64,000 nucleotides of DNA, from the NCBI GenBank assembly GCA_965652295.1, contig CBFGTS010000017.1, positions 32,769 to 96,768 on the forward strand, read 5' to 3'. Position 1 is the first letter of the stretch; every line of letters begins with the position of its first letter. The translations under genes were made by a program, and so were the position numbers. This document shows positions 39,043-48,553 of the stretch, one piece after another. Source of the stretch: an uncultured Haloferula sp. GTDB taxonomy: Bacteria; Verrucomicrobiota; Verrucomicrobiia; Verrucomicrobiales; Akkermansiaceae. The notes under the pieces are model-generated. The model did not search any database. It was not told the origin of the DNA and saw nothing but the letters and a program-made list of their open reading frames with translations.

Positions 39043-39814
39043 GCTCTTTCGGTTTGCTCAGGAAGATTTCTTCCAACCGTTCCTGGAATTTCTCCTCGGA
39101 CAAACCGCGCTCGATCTGCCCGTCCATGCAAATGGAAATCGCGCCAGTTTCCTCGCTGACCACCACGCAGACCGCGTCGGTTTCCTCCGTGAGGCCGATT
39201 GCCGCGCGGTGGCGGAGGCCGATCGAGCGGTCGCTGAGCTCCTTCTGGCTCACCGGCAGTACGCACGCGGCGGCCTGGATCCGCTCTTCGGCGAGGATCA
39301 GCGCGCCATCGTGCAGAGGGCTCTTCGGATAAAAAAGCGAGTGGGCGATCTCGGGCGAAAAGATCGCGTTGATCGTCACCCCGGTGTCCTGCTGGGGTTT
39401 CAGCGAAATGTTCCGCTCGATCGCGAAGAGGGCACCGATGCGTTTTTTCGAAAGCGAGACGACCGCCTCGCCGAGGATCCCGAGGAAGGCGACCTGGCGG
39501 CGTTCGTTGCGCAGCAGCCAGTCGAGCCAGCGGCTGCTGCCCACCCGGGCCAGCGCGGTGCGGATCTCCGGCTGGAAGATCACCGGCAGGGCCACCAGCA
39601 GCACGAACAGCGCCTTGGTCACCAGCCAGGTGATCACCTGGAACTTGAACAGCTGAAGGAGCCCCGTGAAAACCACCAGAATCACCACCAACCCGACCAG
39701 GATGCGCGCGCCGCGGGTCGCCCGGAAAGCCCGGTAGACTTGATAGATCAGCACGGTGAGCACGAGAATCTCGACCGCGTAGCGCCAGTGACGGCTGATG
39801 TAGTCCCATACCAT
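38945..39814 (-). CDS. cdaA: diadenylate cyclase CdaA
   Basis: Three TM segments, IFQPE, PLHDGA, GLRHRAA and VVSEETG motifs. Confidence 0.92.
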   Translation of the reverse strand: MVWDYISRHWRYAVEILVLTVLIYQVYRAFRATRGARILVGLVVILVVFTGLLQLFKFQVITWLVTKALFVLLVALPVIFQPEIRTALARVGSSRWLDWLLRNERRQVAFLGILGEAVVSLSKKRIGALFAIERNISLKPQQDTGVTINAIFSPEIAHSLFYPKSPLHDGALILAEERIQAAACVLPVSQKELSDRSIGLRHRAAIGLTEETDAVCVVVSEETGAISICMDGQIERGLSEEKFQERLEEIFLSKPKEHEKGISQELGSETDLADSGDRDLDRDPGSADR

Positions 39815-39963
39815 GAACGGCGGGAGGCTACCCCGCCCCCCACGCTTCTGTCACCTGCTATCCGGAGCGAGAGCCTTCGCCCTCCGCGATCAGGGCGGAT
39901 CGGCGGGCAGGGGGTAGCGTTGACGCTCGACGCTCCCTTGACTAAACATCTTTCACCCACCCC

Positions 39964-41238
39964 ATGTCCGATCACACCCTTCGCTTTCCGTGCCCTTCCT
40001 GCCAAACGGCGCTGACGGTCCCCGCAGCCATGGCCGGAGTGCGGGGTCCGTGCCCGATTTGTTCGGCGGAAATCCAAGCTCCCCAGGTGCCGGAGCCCGC
40101 GCCGCCTCCCACGGCCACCCATGCTCCGCCGCCCGTCGAGGAAGCGCGGCAGGAACCGCAGCCGGAGCCCAAGCCGGAGCCCAAGCCGGAGCCCAAGCCG
40201 GAGCCCAAGCCGGAGGTGCCGAGGCTCCCGCCGGAGCCCCGCGCCGTGCCGGGGGAACGTGCGAAGAAGGGCATTCCCGCTCGGCCCTTGGAAGAGTTTC
40301 AGCGCGTCCCCGAAACCGCTTCCGGCCGCTCGACGCGTCCGTCCCAGTCGGGCGGGGGTGGAAACCTGCTGCTGCGTATCGGCATCCCCGTGCTGCTGCT
40401 GCTGGCCAGCGGTGCCGTGGTGTTTTTCATCATGAAAGCCCGCGGCGAAGAAGATGCCGCGCCGCGCGCCGTGCCTTCCGCCGCCCTCTCCGAGGTCGAG
40501 GAAATCGCCCCGCGCCTCCCGGAGCAACCGAAGCCCGCCCCGGCGGCCCCTGCTCCACCGGAGAAGGAACCCGTACCCGTCTCCGCAGTCCAGGCCGCCC
40601 AACGGGTTGCCGTCTCCTTCCTCCAGGCCACCTCGCTCGAGTCGCGGATGGAAATGATCGAGCCCGCTCTGGACCCCGCCCAACTCAAGGGCACCATCGC
40701 CGCCGGGCCGATGCCGGAGATGACCGCGATCAAGGAGCTGCCGCAGCGCCGCGACCTCATCGAACAATACATCGATTTTCCGTTTCTCGTGGCTTTCGCA
40801 AAAGGGGCCGAAGTCGAGCGCATGTTGCTGATGGTCCGCCAGCGTGAGCACCAGCCGCCCAAGGTTCTCGTCCAGCCGGTGATCGATCTGCTCGGCGGCC
40901 GCCTCGCCGAGTTCGCCGCCGCGCCCACCGGCGATGGCTCCGCGGTGGAATTCCGTGCGGTGATCGAGCCGATGCCGCGGGTCTTTGAAGAAGGCGTGCC
41001 CAACCCGGACGACAAATTCACCTACAAGCTCCTTTCCGCCGACGGCGGCACGGAGATCGCCCGCGCCTACGCCAGTGTGCACTCCAAGCTCGCCGAGCAG
41101 CTCTATTCGTTTTCCTCGAACCTCCGGTGGGGCAAGCGCCTGTGCGCCACCCTTCTGCTGACATGGAACACCACCGAGGACCCCGATCAGCCCTACATCT
41201 GGGTCGCCGACATCAAGAATCTCAACTGGTCCCCCTGA
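39964..41238 (+). CDS. hypothetical zinc-ribbon / proline-rich membrane-anchored protein
   Basis: CPSC...CPIC, a Pro-rich linker and one TM segment. Confidence 0.75.
   Translation: MSDHTLRFPCPSCQTALTVPAAMAGVRGPCPICSAEIQAPQVPEPAPPPTATHAPPPVEEARQEPQPEPKPEPKPEPKPEPKPEVPRLPPEPRAVPGERAKKGIPARPLEEFQRVPETASGRSTRPSQSGGGGNLLLRIGIPVLLLLASGAVVFFIMKARGEEDAAPRAVPSAALSEVEEIAPRLPEQPKPAPAAPAPPEKEPVPVSAVQAAQRVAVSFLQATSLESRMEMIEPALDPAQLKGTIAAGPMPEMTAIKELPQRRDLIEQYIDFPFLVAFAKGAEVERMLLMVRQREHQPPKVLVQPVIDLLGGRLAEFAAAPTGDGSAVEFRAVIEPMPRVFEEGVPNPDDKFTYKLLSADGGTEIARAYASVHSKLAEQLYSFSSNLRWGKRLCATLLLTWNTTEDPDQPYIWVADIKNLNWSP
40161..40215 (+). repeat. 12-bp coding tandem repeat (PEPK)
   Basis: gccggagcccaa repeated about 4.6 times. 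Confidence 0.9.
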
Positions 41239-41293
41239 TCACGCCCGGCCTTCGGGGTGCATCAGTTCCGTGGAAAACAGCGGCCTGTTTTCC

Positions 41294-41983
41294 TCACGCC
41301 CGCCGTGGCCGTGCAATCCACGGCATCGGAGCGACCAATGAGGTCAGCAGAAGCCCGGTGGTGAAGCCACCGACATGGGCTCCGACCGCGATGTTACCGG
41401 CCGAGCCGGTGAACATCGAGTGGTAGTCCATCGCCACGAACACCGCCGCGAGCGCCGCCAGTTTCCACGGTTCCACCGGCGTGGCCAGCGGCCAGATGTG
41501 GGGATCCGGCAGATCCCAGCGCAACGCCATTCCCAGATAGGCGCCCATGAAACCGGAGATCGCGCCCGATGCCCCGAGCGCTGGAATCCACGAATCCCGC
41601 TCGATGATCACATGCGAGGTGGAGGCCCCCAGTGCACTCAGGAAGAAGATTCCCAGCATCCATCTCCATCCCAACAGCTCGCTGACCAGCGCGCCGAAGC
41701 CCCACAGGTAGAGCATGTTCCCCGCGAGGTGGAAGACGTCGCCGTGGAGAAAAACGGAGGAGATCAAGGTGCCGAACTGCCACGCCTCCACCACGCCCGC
41801 CGTTCCCTCGCGGAGGTTGCGCCAGCTTTCGGCGACCGCCCCGGGAACCGTCATCAGCAGTGCATCCCAACCTTCCGGTCCGAGGACCTGCGCGAGGAAC
41901 ATCAGGATCATCACGACGATGATTCCCAGCAGCACCGCCTGCGCCCGTAGCAGATCCCTGAAACTCTCGCACGCCCATCGCAT
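41294..41983 (-). CDS. rhomboid family intramembrane serine protease
   Basis: FLHGDVFHLAGNM, GASGA and AHVGG motifs. Confidence 0.9.
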   Translation of the reverse strand: MRWACESFRDLLRAQAVLLGIIVVMILMFLAQVLGPEGWDALLMTVPGAVAESWRNLREGTAGVVEAWQFGTLISSVFLHGDVFHLAGNMLYLWGFGALVSELLGWRWMLGIFFLSALGASTSHVIIERDSWIPALGASGAISGFMGAYLGMALRWDLPDPHIWPLATPVEPWKLAALAAVFVAMDYHSMFTGSAGNIAVGAHVGGFTTGLLLTSLVAPMPWIARPRRA

Positions 41984-42163
41984 GGCAGAAACCCTCCGCT
42001 GCCGCCCCGCCGATGGCAATGTTGGAGGTGGCTTCCTCATCGCCGGCGGGCACCCTCCAGGAGCCTCGGATACCATTCATGACTCGCGCTTGTTGAGCTG
42101 ATTTCGTCTTCTATTCGGCTCGGACGGCTACACCGGCGGCATGAACGCCCGCCAGTATGTCGC

Positions 42164-42838
42164 TCATTCATCTTCATACTGTTCCTCAAGGTATTCAGCG
42201 AGTTGATCCGTGACCCAGGCGCAGGTGGCGGTGAGGTCTTTTCCGAACAGCCCGGATTGCTGGCGGTACTGGTCGAGCGTGCGAACGGGGAGCTGGTCGT
42301 TGTGCGGGTAGCTGCCGCTCTCGGTGCGCCAGAGGACGGTGCCATCAAGTGCGGTGAGGGTGGCCTCGACCTCGATGAGGATCTGCATTTCACCGGAGAC
42401 GCCCTTCAGCGGCATCAGGCCGAGCTGCTTGTATTCGAGGTGGAGGGTCGAGCGGGCACCGGACGGGGAAACCGTAGCGATCTTCCTGCGCCGGATGGCG
42501 CTCTCCATCGACTGGCGCAGCGGGTTGCCTGCGTCACCGACGCTCGAACGGATCATTTCCTCCAGCTCATCCCGTTTTCCGGAAGTCATGCCTTCGTGGA
42601 TGGCTCCGGCGACCACGCCGCCGACCAGTCCGCCGGCGACAATCAAGGGAAACGCCGCCGCTTCGGCACCCCGGTCGGTATAGGCGAGCTTGTCGGGTCG
42701 CTTGACCTCGGGCGAAATGCGCATGCGGGAAGCCTCCGCACGGCGGGCCGGGTCGAGATCGACGCTGTTTCCGCAGGAGGTGAGCAATGCGGCGGCGAAG
42801 AGGGCGGAAAGTCGGCAGAGTTTGGTGATAGAGCTCAT
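42164..42838 (-). CDS. hypothetical lipoprotein
   Basis: LLTSC lipobox and a glycine-zipper-like GGLVGGVVAG stretch. Confidence 0.7.
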   Translation of the reverse strand: MSSITKLCRLSALFAAALLTSCGNSVDLDPARRAEASRMRISPEVKRPDKLAYTDRGAEAAAFPLIVAGGLVGGVVAGAIHEGMTSGKRDELEEMIRSSVGDAGNPLRQSMESAIRRRKIATVSPSGARSTLHLEYKQLGLMPLKGVSGEMQILIEVEATLTALDGTVLWRTESGSYPHNDQLPVRTLDQYRQQSGLFGKDLTATCAWVTDQLAEYLEEQYEDE

Positions 42839-43099
42839 CGAGTTGTCTCTAACGATAGCAAGGAACAGGCTGCGAGATCAAAAATGGAGATTTTATTATT
42901 CCGGGCGAATCGCGAGTCGATCCGTGAAACGGGTAGGAACCAGGGGGCATGCTGCTGGGAAGCCGGTCGATGGACTCGGCCATGGCATCTACGTTGATCT
43001 TCCTCGATCGGATACAGCGCTCTGTCGTAAAGGGAGTTTTAGAAGGTAGGGCTTCGACGTCAGGGGAAAGCCGGTTTGCCGGAGTTCGGGGCTGCGGGG

Positions 43100-43156
43100 G
43101 TTGTGGGACGAGGGCGTCCCACCTCCAAGCACGAGGGCAGGATTGCCCTCGCTCCC
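43100..43156. repeat. REP-like doublet downstream of pntB
   Basis: gttgtgggacgagggcgtcccacctcc (reverse complement matches 15852-15878 at 24/27), then cgagggcaggattgccctcgctccc. Confidence 0.75.
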
Positions 43157-44577
43157 TATTCTTTGAACTGCGCGACGAGGTCGGTGATGGTCTGCTTGGC
43201 GTCGCCGTAGAGCATCCTCGTGTTCTCGCCGAAGAAGAGGGCGTTCTCAAGGCCGGAGAAGCCGGTGCCCTTGCCGCGCTTGAGGCAGTAGACGGTCCTC
43301 GCTTCGTGGGCGTGGATGATGGGCATGCCATAGATGGGGCTGCCGGGGTCGTTCATGGCGGCGGGGTTCACGACGTCATTGGCACCGATGACGATGGCGA
43401 CATCCACCGACGGCATGACGGCGTTGACCTGATCCATTTCCTGAAGCTGCTCGTAGGGCACATCGGCCTCGGCGAGGAGGACGTTCATGTGGCCGGGCAT
43501 GCGGCCGGCGACGGGGTGGATGGCGAAGCGGACTTCGGTGCCGTTGTTCTCCAGCAGGGCGGCGAGTTCTTTCACGGCGTGCTGCGCTTGGGCGACGGCC
43601 ATGCCGTAGCCGGGGATGAAGACGACGCTCTGGGCGGCTTCGAGGACGTAGTAGGCGTCCTCGGTGGTGGCGGGTTTCATCTCGCCCTCGACGCCTCCGG
43701 CGGCCGCGGCGGTGGCTCCGAATCCGCCGAACAGGACGTTGGGCAGCGTGCGGTTCATGGCTTTGCACATGATGACCGTGAGGATGATGCCGGAGGCTCC
43801 GACGAGGCAGCCGGCGACAACGAGGACGTTGTTGAGAATGATGAAGCCGGCCAGGGCGGCGGCGACGCCGGAGAGGGAGTTGAGCAGGGAAATGACGACG
43901 GGCATGTCGCCCCCGCCGATGGGGAGGGTCATGAGAACGCCGATGGCCAGGGCGAGGGCGATGAGAACGATGCCGGCGGTGAGGGCGAGGGCGGAATCGC
44001 CGCCGACGACCATCAGAACGATGCCGGCGAGGGAGGTGGCGAGAATGAGGAAATTGAGGCCTTTTTGACCGGCGAAAAGCACGGGTTTGCCGCCGAGTTT
44101 TCCGGACAGTTTGCCATAGGCGATCATGCTGCCGGTGAAGGTGATGCCGCCGACGAGGATGGTGAGGCCGATGGCGACGAGGGCGAACCAGGCGGGGACG
44201 GTGAAACCGCTCTGGGCCTTGAGGGCATCGAGGTAGTGGGCGATGCCGCCGACGCGGAGTTTCACGAACTCGGCGCTGCCGACGAGCAGGCTGGCGAGGC
44301 CGCCGAAGCCGTTGAAGAGGGCGACCATTTCCGGCATGCCGGTCATGGCGACGCGGGAGGCGGCGATGTAGCCGATGGCGCTGCCGATGGCCATGCCGAG
44401 GGCGATCATCCACCACTCGAGGCCGAGATAGAGCAGGGTGGCGACGATCGCGAGGGTCATGCCCACGGCGGAAATCGCATTGCCGCGGCGGGCGGTTTCG
44501 GCGGAGCCGAGTTTCTTGATCCCGAAGATGAAGAGGATCGAGGAAACGATGTAGAGCAGGTTGATGAGAACGCTCAT
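43156..44577 (-). CDS. pntB: NAD(P) transhydrogenase subunit beta
   Basis: MTGMPEMVALFNG, GGGDMPVVISLLNS, HPVAGRMPGHMNVLLAEA and GANDVVNPAA motifs. Confidence 0.96.
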   Translation of the reverse strand: MSVLINLLYIVSSILFIFGIKKLGSAETARRGNAISAVGMTLAIVATLLYLGLEWWMIALGMAIGSAIGYIAASRVAMTGMPEMVALFNGFGGLASLLVGSAEFVKLRVGGIAHYLDALKAQSGFTVPAWFALVAIGLTILVGGITFTGSMIAYGKLSGKLGGKPVLFAGQKGLNFLILATSLAGIVLMVVGGDSALALTAGIVLIALALAIGVLMTLPIGGGDMPVVISLLNSLSGVAAALAGFIILNNVLVVAGCLVGASGIILTVIMCKAMNRTLPNVLFGGFGATAAAAGGVEGEMKPATTEDAYYVLEAAQSVVFIPGYGMAVAQAQHAVKELAALLENNGTEVRFAIHPVAGRMPGHMNVLLAEADVPYEQLQEMDQVNAVMPSVDVAIVIGANDVVNPAAMNDPGSPIYGMPIIHAHEARTVYCLKRGKGTGFSGLENALFFGENTRMLYGDAKQTITDLVAQFKE

Positions 44578-44879
44578 GGCTGCGGGCCTCCCTTCTCCTT
44601 CTTCTTGAACATGCCGAGCATGCGGTCGGTGACGAGATAGCCGCCGACGACATTGATCATGGCGAGGATGACGGCGAGAAAGCCGATCCATTTCGCCAGC
44701 GTGGGCTCGAGATCGGAGAGGGCGAGCAGGGCTCCGACGATGGTGATGCCGGAAATCGCGTTCGATCCGGACATCAACGGCGTGTGGAGCTGGGAGGGGA
44801 CTTTCGAGATCAGCTCGAAGCCGAGGAAGATCGCCAGGGTGAAGGCGAACAGCAGCAGCAGGAGTGGGGCAAGTTCCAT
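44574..44879 (-). CDS. pntA: NAD(P) transhydrogenase subunit alpha, part 2
   Basis: LHTPLMSGSNAISG and NVVGGYLVTDRML motifs. Confidence 0.95.
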   Translation of the reverse strand: MELAPLLLLLFAFTLAIFLGFELISKVPSQLHTPLMSGSNAISGITIVGALLALSDLEPTLAKWIGFLAVILAMINVVGGYLVTDRMLGMFKKKEKGGPQP

Positions 44880-44890
44880 GGGAGTTTGCT

Positions 44891-44913
44891 AGTTTTCAGT
44901 GTTCAGTTTTCAG
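44891..44913. repeat. 7-mer tandem repeat
   Basis: agttttc agtgttc agttttc ag, overlapping the stop of pntA part 1. Confidence 0.55.
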
Positions 44914-46082
44914 GAATTCCTGAACGCGGGGTGCGGGTTCACGAATTGGCCGTCTCGGGTGAGGGTGGCTCCCTTGACGATCGGGTCTTCGGGGTCCTGC
45001 TTGAGGGTCTTCGTTTCCTTGTCCCAGAAGTGGTCGATGAAGTTGGCGAGGTTGTTGGCGAACATGGCGCTGGCATCGCGGGCGACGTGACACTCGAGGC
45101 GCCGGTGACCGATGATGCGGACGCCGTTGTCGGTGACGACCTCCTCGCCGGGGACGGTGCCCTCGACGTTGCCACCGGTCTCTGCGGCGAGATCGACGAG
45201 GATCGCGCCGGGGCGCATCGAGGCGACGACGTCCTTTGCGACGAGCCGCGGAGCGGGGCGGCCGAAGAGCTTGGCGGTGCAGATGACGATGTCGCTCTCG
45301 GCGCAAATTTTGGCCTGGCCGGCTTTTTGTTTTTCGATCTGCTCGGGCGTGAGTTCCTTGGCGTAGCCTTGGTCGGTGGAGCCGGTTTCGCCGAGGTCGA
45401 TGCGGAGGGCTTTGGCACCGAGCGATTCGGCTTGTTCGAGGGCTTCGGCGCGGGTGTCGAAGGCGGTGACGCGGGCGCCGAGGCGTTTGGCGGTGGCGAT
45501 GGCCTGAAGACCGGCGACGCCGATGCCGATGATGAAAATCTTGGCCGGAGAGATGGTGCCGGAGGGGGTCATCATCATCGGCAGGATCTTGTTCATCCGC
45601 GCGGTGGCGAGGGTGACGGCGACGTAGCCGGCGAGGTTCGCCTGGGAGCTGATGGCGTCCATTTTCTGCGCCAGCGTGCTGCGCGGCATCATTTCGACCG
45701 AGATGCCGGTGACGCCGGCTTCGACGAGCGCATCGAGCCGGGCTTTTTCCTCGGTTTCGGCGGGTGGATCTCCGGAGCCGAGGTGGATGTGGAAGGGGGC
45801 GAGGAAGCCGAGGGAGACGGCCCCGCGTTTCATCCGGCGGATGAGGTCGGCCGGCGGCGGGGTGAGGTGGAGCACGAGGTCGGCGGTGGAGATTGCCTCG
45901 TCGCGGGGCAGGGGTTTCGCGCCGGCGGCGGTGTAGTCGGCATCGGAAAAATCGGCCCCCGCGCCGAGACCGGGCTCGAAGGCGACGTCGAGGCCGAGCG
46001 CGGCGAGCTTGCGGGCGGTCTCGGGCGTGAGGGAGGTGCGGGTTTCCTCGCCGGCGAGTTCGTTGAGGGCGTAGAGCAGCAT
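44910..46082 (-). CDS. pntA: NAD(P) transhydrogenase subunit alpha, part 1
   Basis: AQKMDAISSQANLAGY, GIGVAGLQA and VDLAAETGGN motifs. Confidence 0.95.
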   Translation of the reverse strand: MLLYALNELAGEETRTSLTPETARKLAALGLDVAFEPGLGAGADFSDADYTAAGAKPLPRDEAISTADLVLHLTPPPADLIRRMKRGAVSLGFLAPFHIHLGSGDPPAETEEKARLDALVEAGVTGISVEMMPRSTLAQKMDAISSQANLAGYVAVTLATARMNKILPMMMTPSGTISPAKIFIIGIGVAGLQAIATAKRLGARVTAFDTRAEALEQAESLGAKALRIDLGETGSTDQGYAKELTPEQIEKQKAGQAKICAESDIVICTAKLFGRPAPRLVAKDVVASMRPGAILVDLAAETGGNVEGTVPGEEVVTDNGVRIIGHRRLECHVARDASAMFANNLANFIDHFWDKETKTLKQDPEDPIVKGATLTRDGQFVNPHPAFRNS

Positions 46083-46224
46083 GGGTGGGCGCGTGAGTGG
46101 ATGACCGGACGATCTCATCCGGCGCTGTTAACAAATTGCTGTGCCGGCGACGGAGAAACAAGCATCAACAAAGATTGCGCGATGGTCGCGGAGGGATGCG
46201 GAATGGTTGGTGGGAAGGCGACGA

Positions 46225-46653
46225 TCAATCGCGGAGCAAGTCGTCGGGTAGCTCGTTCGGGTTCGGGCTATCCGCGGGCCAATGGCTGGCCAGCTGTTGG
46301 CCGAGTTCGGCGATGGCGGCCTCGAGGGCACCAACTTTGTCGCCGGCGTGGAAGCGATCGGACATGGCGGCGGCGAGGGTTTCCCAAAGCCCGGGTGCGA
46401 GGACTTGGTCGAGACCTTTATCGCCGTAGAGCACGAAGCGGCGGCGGCGCGGGATCACGAGGATGAGCGCGGCGTTGCGCTCGCGGGTCTGGCGCATGCC
46501 GAAGCGGTCGAACAAGCGGCGGACGTATCGCTCCGGCCGCCAGATCCAGCGGGAGGTGATGCAGACGCGGATCTCGCCGCGGGTGCCCTGCTCCGCACGG
46601 CGGATGGCCTCGACCAGCCGTTGTTCGTCATCGCTTGTGAGAAAAGTCTTCAT
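46225..46653 (-). CDS. TPM domain-containing protein
   Basis: IRRAEQGTRGEIRV, TRERNAAL, GDKG and NELPD motifs; third gene of the lemA operon. Confidence 0.88.
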   Translation of the reverse strand: MKTFLTSDDEQRLVEAIRRAEQGTRGEIRVCITSRWIWRPERYVRRLFDRFGMRQTRERNAALILVIPRRRRFVLYGDKGLDQVLAPGLWETLAAAMSDRFHAGDKVGALEAAIAELGQQLASHWPADSPNPNELPDDLLRD

Positions 46654-46661
46654 GATCGCAA

Positions 46662-47441
46662 TCACCAGCCGCCGCTTGCTCCGCCGCCGCCGGAGGAGCC
46701 GCCTCCTCCTCCGAAACCACCGCCGCCGCCGAAGCCCCCGCCGCCGCCAAAGCCGCCACCTCCCCAGCCGCCCCAGGATCCATGGGTCGTGCCGCGGTCG
46801 GTGATGACGACATCGCCGGCGTCGAGGTTGCGATAGGCGCGGATGAGCATCCACAGCACCCAGCCGATGACGAGGATGGCAAGGATGGTATTGGCGGAAA
46901 GATCGGTGCCCCGGTCGAGTTCAGTTCTGCCATCGCCGCGGTAGGGCTCGCCCTTGGCGGCGGCGATCACGGCCGCAGTGCCGGCGAGCACCGCGCCCTG
47001 GCGGTCGCCGTCGCGGAGGCGAGGCGTCATGATGTCATCCAGAATCCGCTGGCAGCGGGCGTCTGGCAGCGCGCCCTCCAGGCCGTAGCCGGTGTGGATG
47101 CGGAGCTTCCGGTCGTCGGCGAAGACGAAAAGGATCGCCCCATTGTCCTCCGCCTGCTGGCCGGGCCGCCATTTCTCGAACACACGTTGGGAGAAATCGA
47201 ACAGCTCGGCGTCCGGAGGCAGCTGGCGGAAGATGGCGACGAGAACCTGGCTGGAAGTCTCGCGCTCAAGCGTTTCCAGCTGTTGGTCGAGCGAGGAAAA
47301 CGCGGCCGCATCGAGCCAGCCGGGCTCATCGAGCACGTAACGCGGCGAGGGGCTGGTGGGCAGCGGTGCGGCCGCGGACCAGCCGCCCAGCAGGAGGAGA
47401 AAGATCCCCCCCAGGCAGCGGAATGGACGGTGCCGCGTCAT
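46662..47441 (-). CDS. TPM domain protein (YgcG-like) with Gly-rich tail
   Basis: DNGAIL, TGYGLEGALPD and GGGGASGGW motifs. Confidence 0.9.
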   Translation of the reverse strand: MTRHRPFRCLGGIFLLLLGGWSAAAPLPTSPSPRYVLDEPGWLDAAAFSSLDQQLETLERETSSQVLVAIFRQLPPDAELFDFSQRVFEKWRPGQQAEDNGAILFVFADDRKLRIHTGYGLEGALPDARCQRILDDIMTPRLRDGDRQGAVLAGTAAVIAAAKGEPYRGDGRTELDRGTDLSANTILAILVIGWVLWMLIRAYRNLDAGDVVITDRGTTHGSWGGWGGGGFGGGGGFGGGGGFGGGGGSSGGGGASGGW

Positions 47442-48055
47442 TCGGCGTCGCCGCGGAAGTTGAAATCGACTTCCGGCGGCTTCTCAGACCCCGCCTCGGC
47501 TTCAAAGTAGGGTTTCGGAGTGAAGCCCATCATGCCTGCGAAGACGACCGCGGGAAACTGTCGGATGGTCGTGTTGTAGGCTTGGGCGACCTCATTGAAG
47601 CGGCCCCGCTCGACGGCGATGCGGTTCTCCGTCCCCTCCAGCTGCGCCTGCAAGTCGCGGAAGCCGGCGCTGGCCTTGAGGTCGGGGTAGCGTTCGACGA
47701 CGACCAACAGCCGGGAAAGGGCGCTGCCGAGCTGTTGCTGGCTTTCTTGGAAATCCCGGAGCGCCGTCTCACTGTCCGGAGCGCCGCTTGCATCCAGGTT
47801 CACCTGCCCGACCTTGGCGCGGGCATCGACGATGTCCTGCAGCGTGGATTTCTCGAAATCCGCCGAGCCTTGGACCGTCTTGACCAGATTCGGGACGAGG
47901 TCGGCTCGGCGCTGGTACTGGTTGGCGACCTGTGCCCACGCGGCATCGACCGCCTGTTGCTTGCCAACGAGGCCGTTGTAGGTGCCGACGATGGCGAAAA
48001 TGAAGACGAAGAAGGCCGCGACCAGGCCGAGGAGCACGATGAGTCCCTTTTTCAT
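47438..48055 (-). CDS. lemA: LemA family protein
   Basis: YQRRADLVPNLV, ERYPDLKA and LEGTENRIAVER motifs. Confidence 0.95.
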   Translation of the reverse strand: MKKGLIVLLGLVAAFFVFIFAIVGTYNGLVGKQQAVDAAWAQVANQYQRRADLVPNLVKTVQGSADFEKSTLQDIVDARAKVGQVNLDASGAPDSETALRDFQESQQQLGSALSRLLVVVERYPDLKASAGFRDLQAQLEGTENRIAVERGRFNEVAQAYNTTIRQFPAVVFAGMMGFTPKPYFEAEAGSEKPPEVDFNFRGDAE

Positions 48056-48105
48056 GCCTAGGATCTAACCGCGGCGCGGAGTGCTGTCGATGGGCTTGTG
48101 CGCTC

Positions 48106-48477
48106 TCATCCCTGCCGCTGCTGCATCAGCACGAAGGGCGTGACGACGACCGCCGTGAAAAGCTCGTCGCCGCCCTTCCATTGCGCGGCGTGGAGCTGGC
48201 CGACGCGGACGAGGTCGCCATTTCCAAGCCAGTCGGCGACGCGGGTGGCTTCGTCGTGGATGATCGCGAGAGCGACGTCCTCCAGCGGCAGCGCGGGATC
48301 GACCCAGAGCAGCGCGTCGCGCTTGTAGTGGGGTTTCAGGTAGCTCCAGCGGACGTCTCCGGTGTATTTGGAAATCTTGTCATGCTCGCTGAGCGCGTCT
48401 TCGCCGAGAATGCCGTATTTCATGGGTTCGTCGGAATGCATGCGGATGAGAGTCGGCGTGAAGTCGGCTGGGATCAA
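48106..48477 (-). CDS. DUF2288-like small protein (start uncertain)
   Basis: W..LKPH, VDPAL.L.DV, W and AVVVTPFVLMQ pattern. Confidence 0.7.
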   Translation of the reverse strand: MIPADFTPTLIRMHSDEPMKYGILGEDALSEHDKISKYTGDVRWSYLKPHYKRDALLWVDPALPLEDVALAIIHDEATRVADWLGNGDLVRVGQLHAAQWKGGDELFTAVVVTPFVLMQQRQG

Positions 48478-48553
48478 GGCGGAGAGATGCGCCTCGGGGG
48501 CGGCTTACCTTCCCTTGTCGCGCGCAGATCCGTGGTGTATCCCGACGGGACGC

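Noticed and set aside
40161..40215. 12-bp tandem repeat as a CRISPR-like array
   Set aside because: There are no spacers. It is a simple in-frame PEPK linker repeat.
45740..45800. Short extra segment (HIHLGSGDPPAETEE) in PntA
   Set aside because: No palindrome or periodicity at the DNA level, so it is most likely ordinary loop variation.
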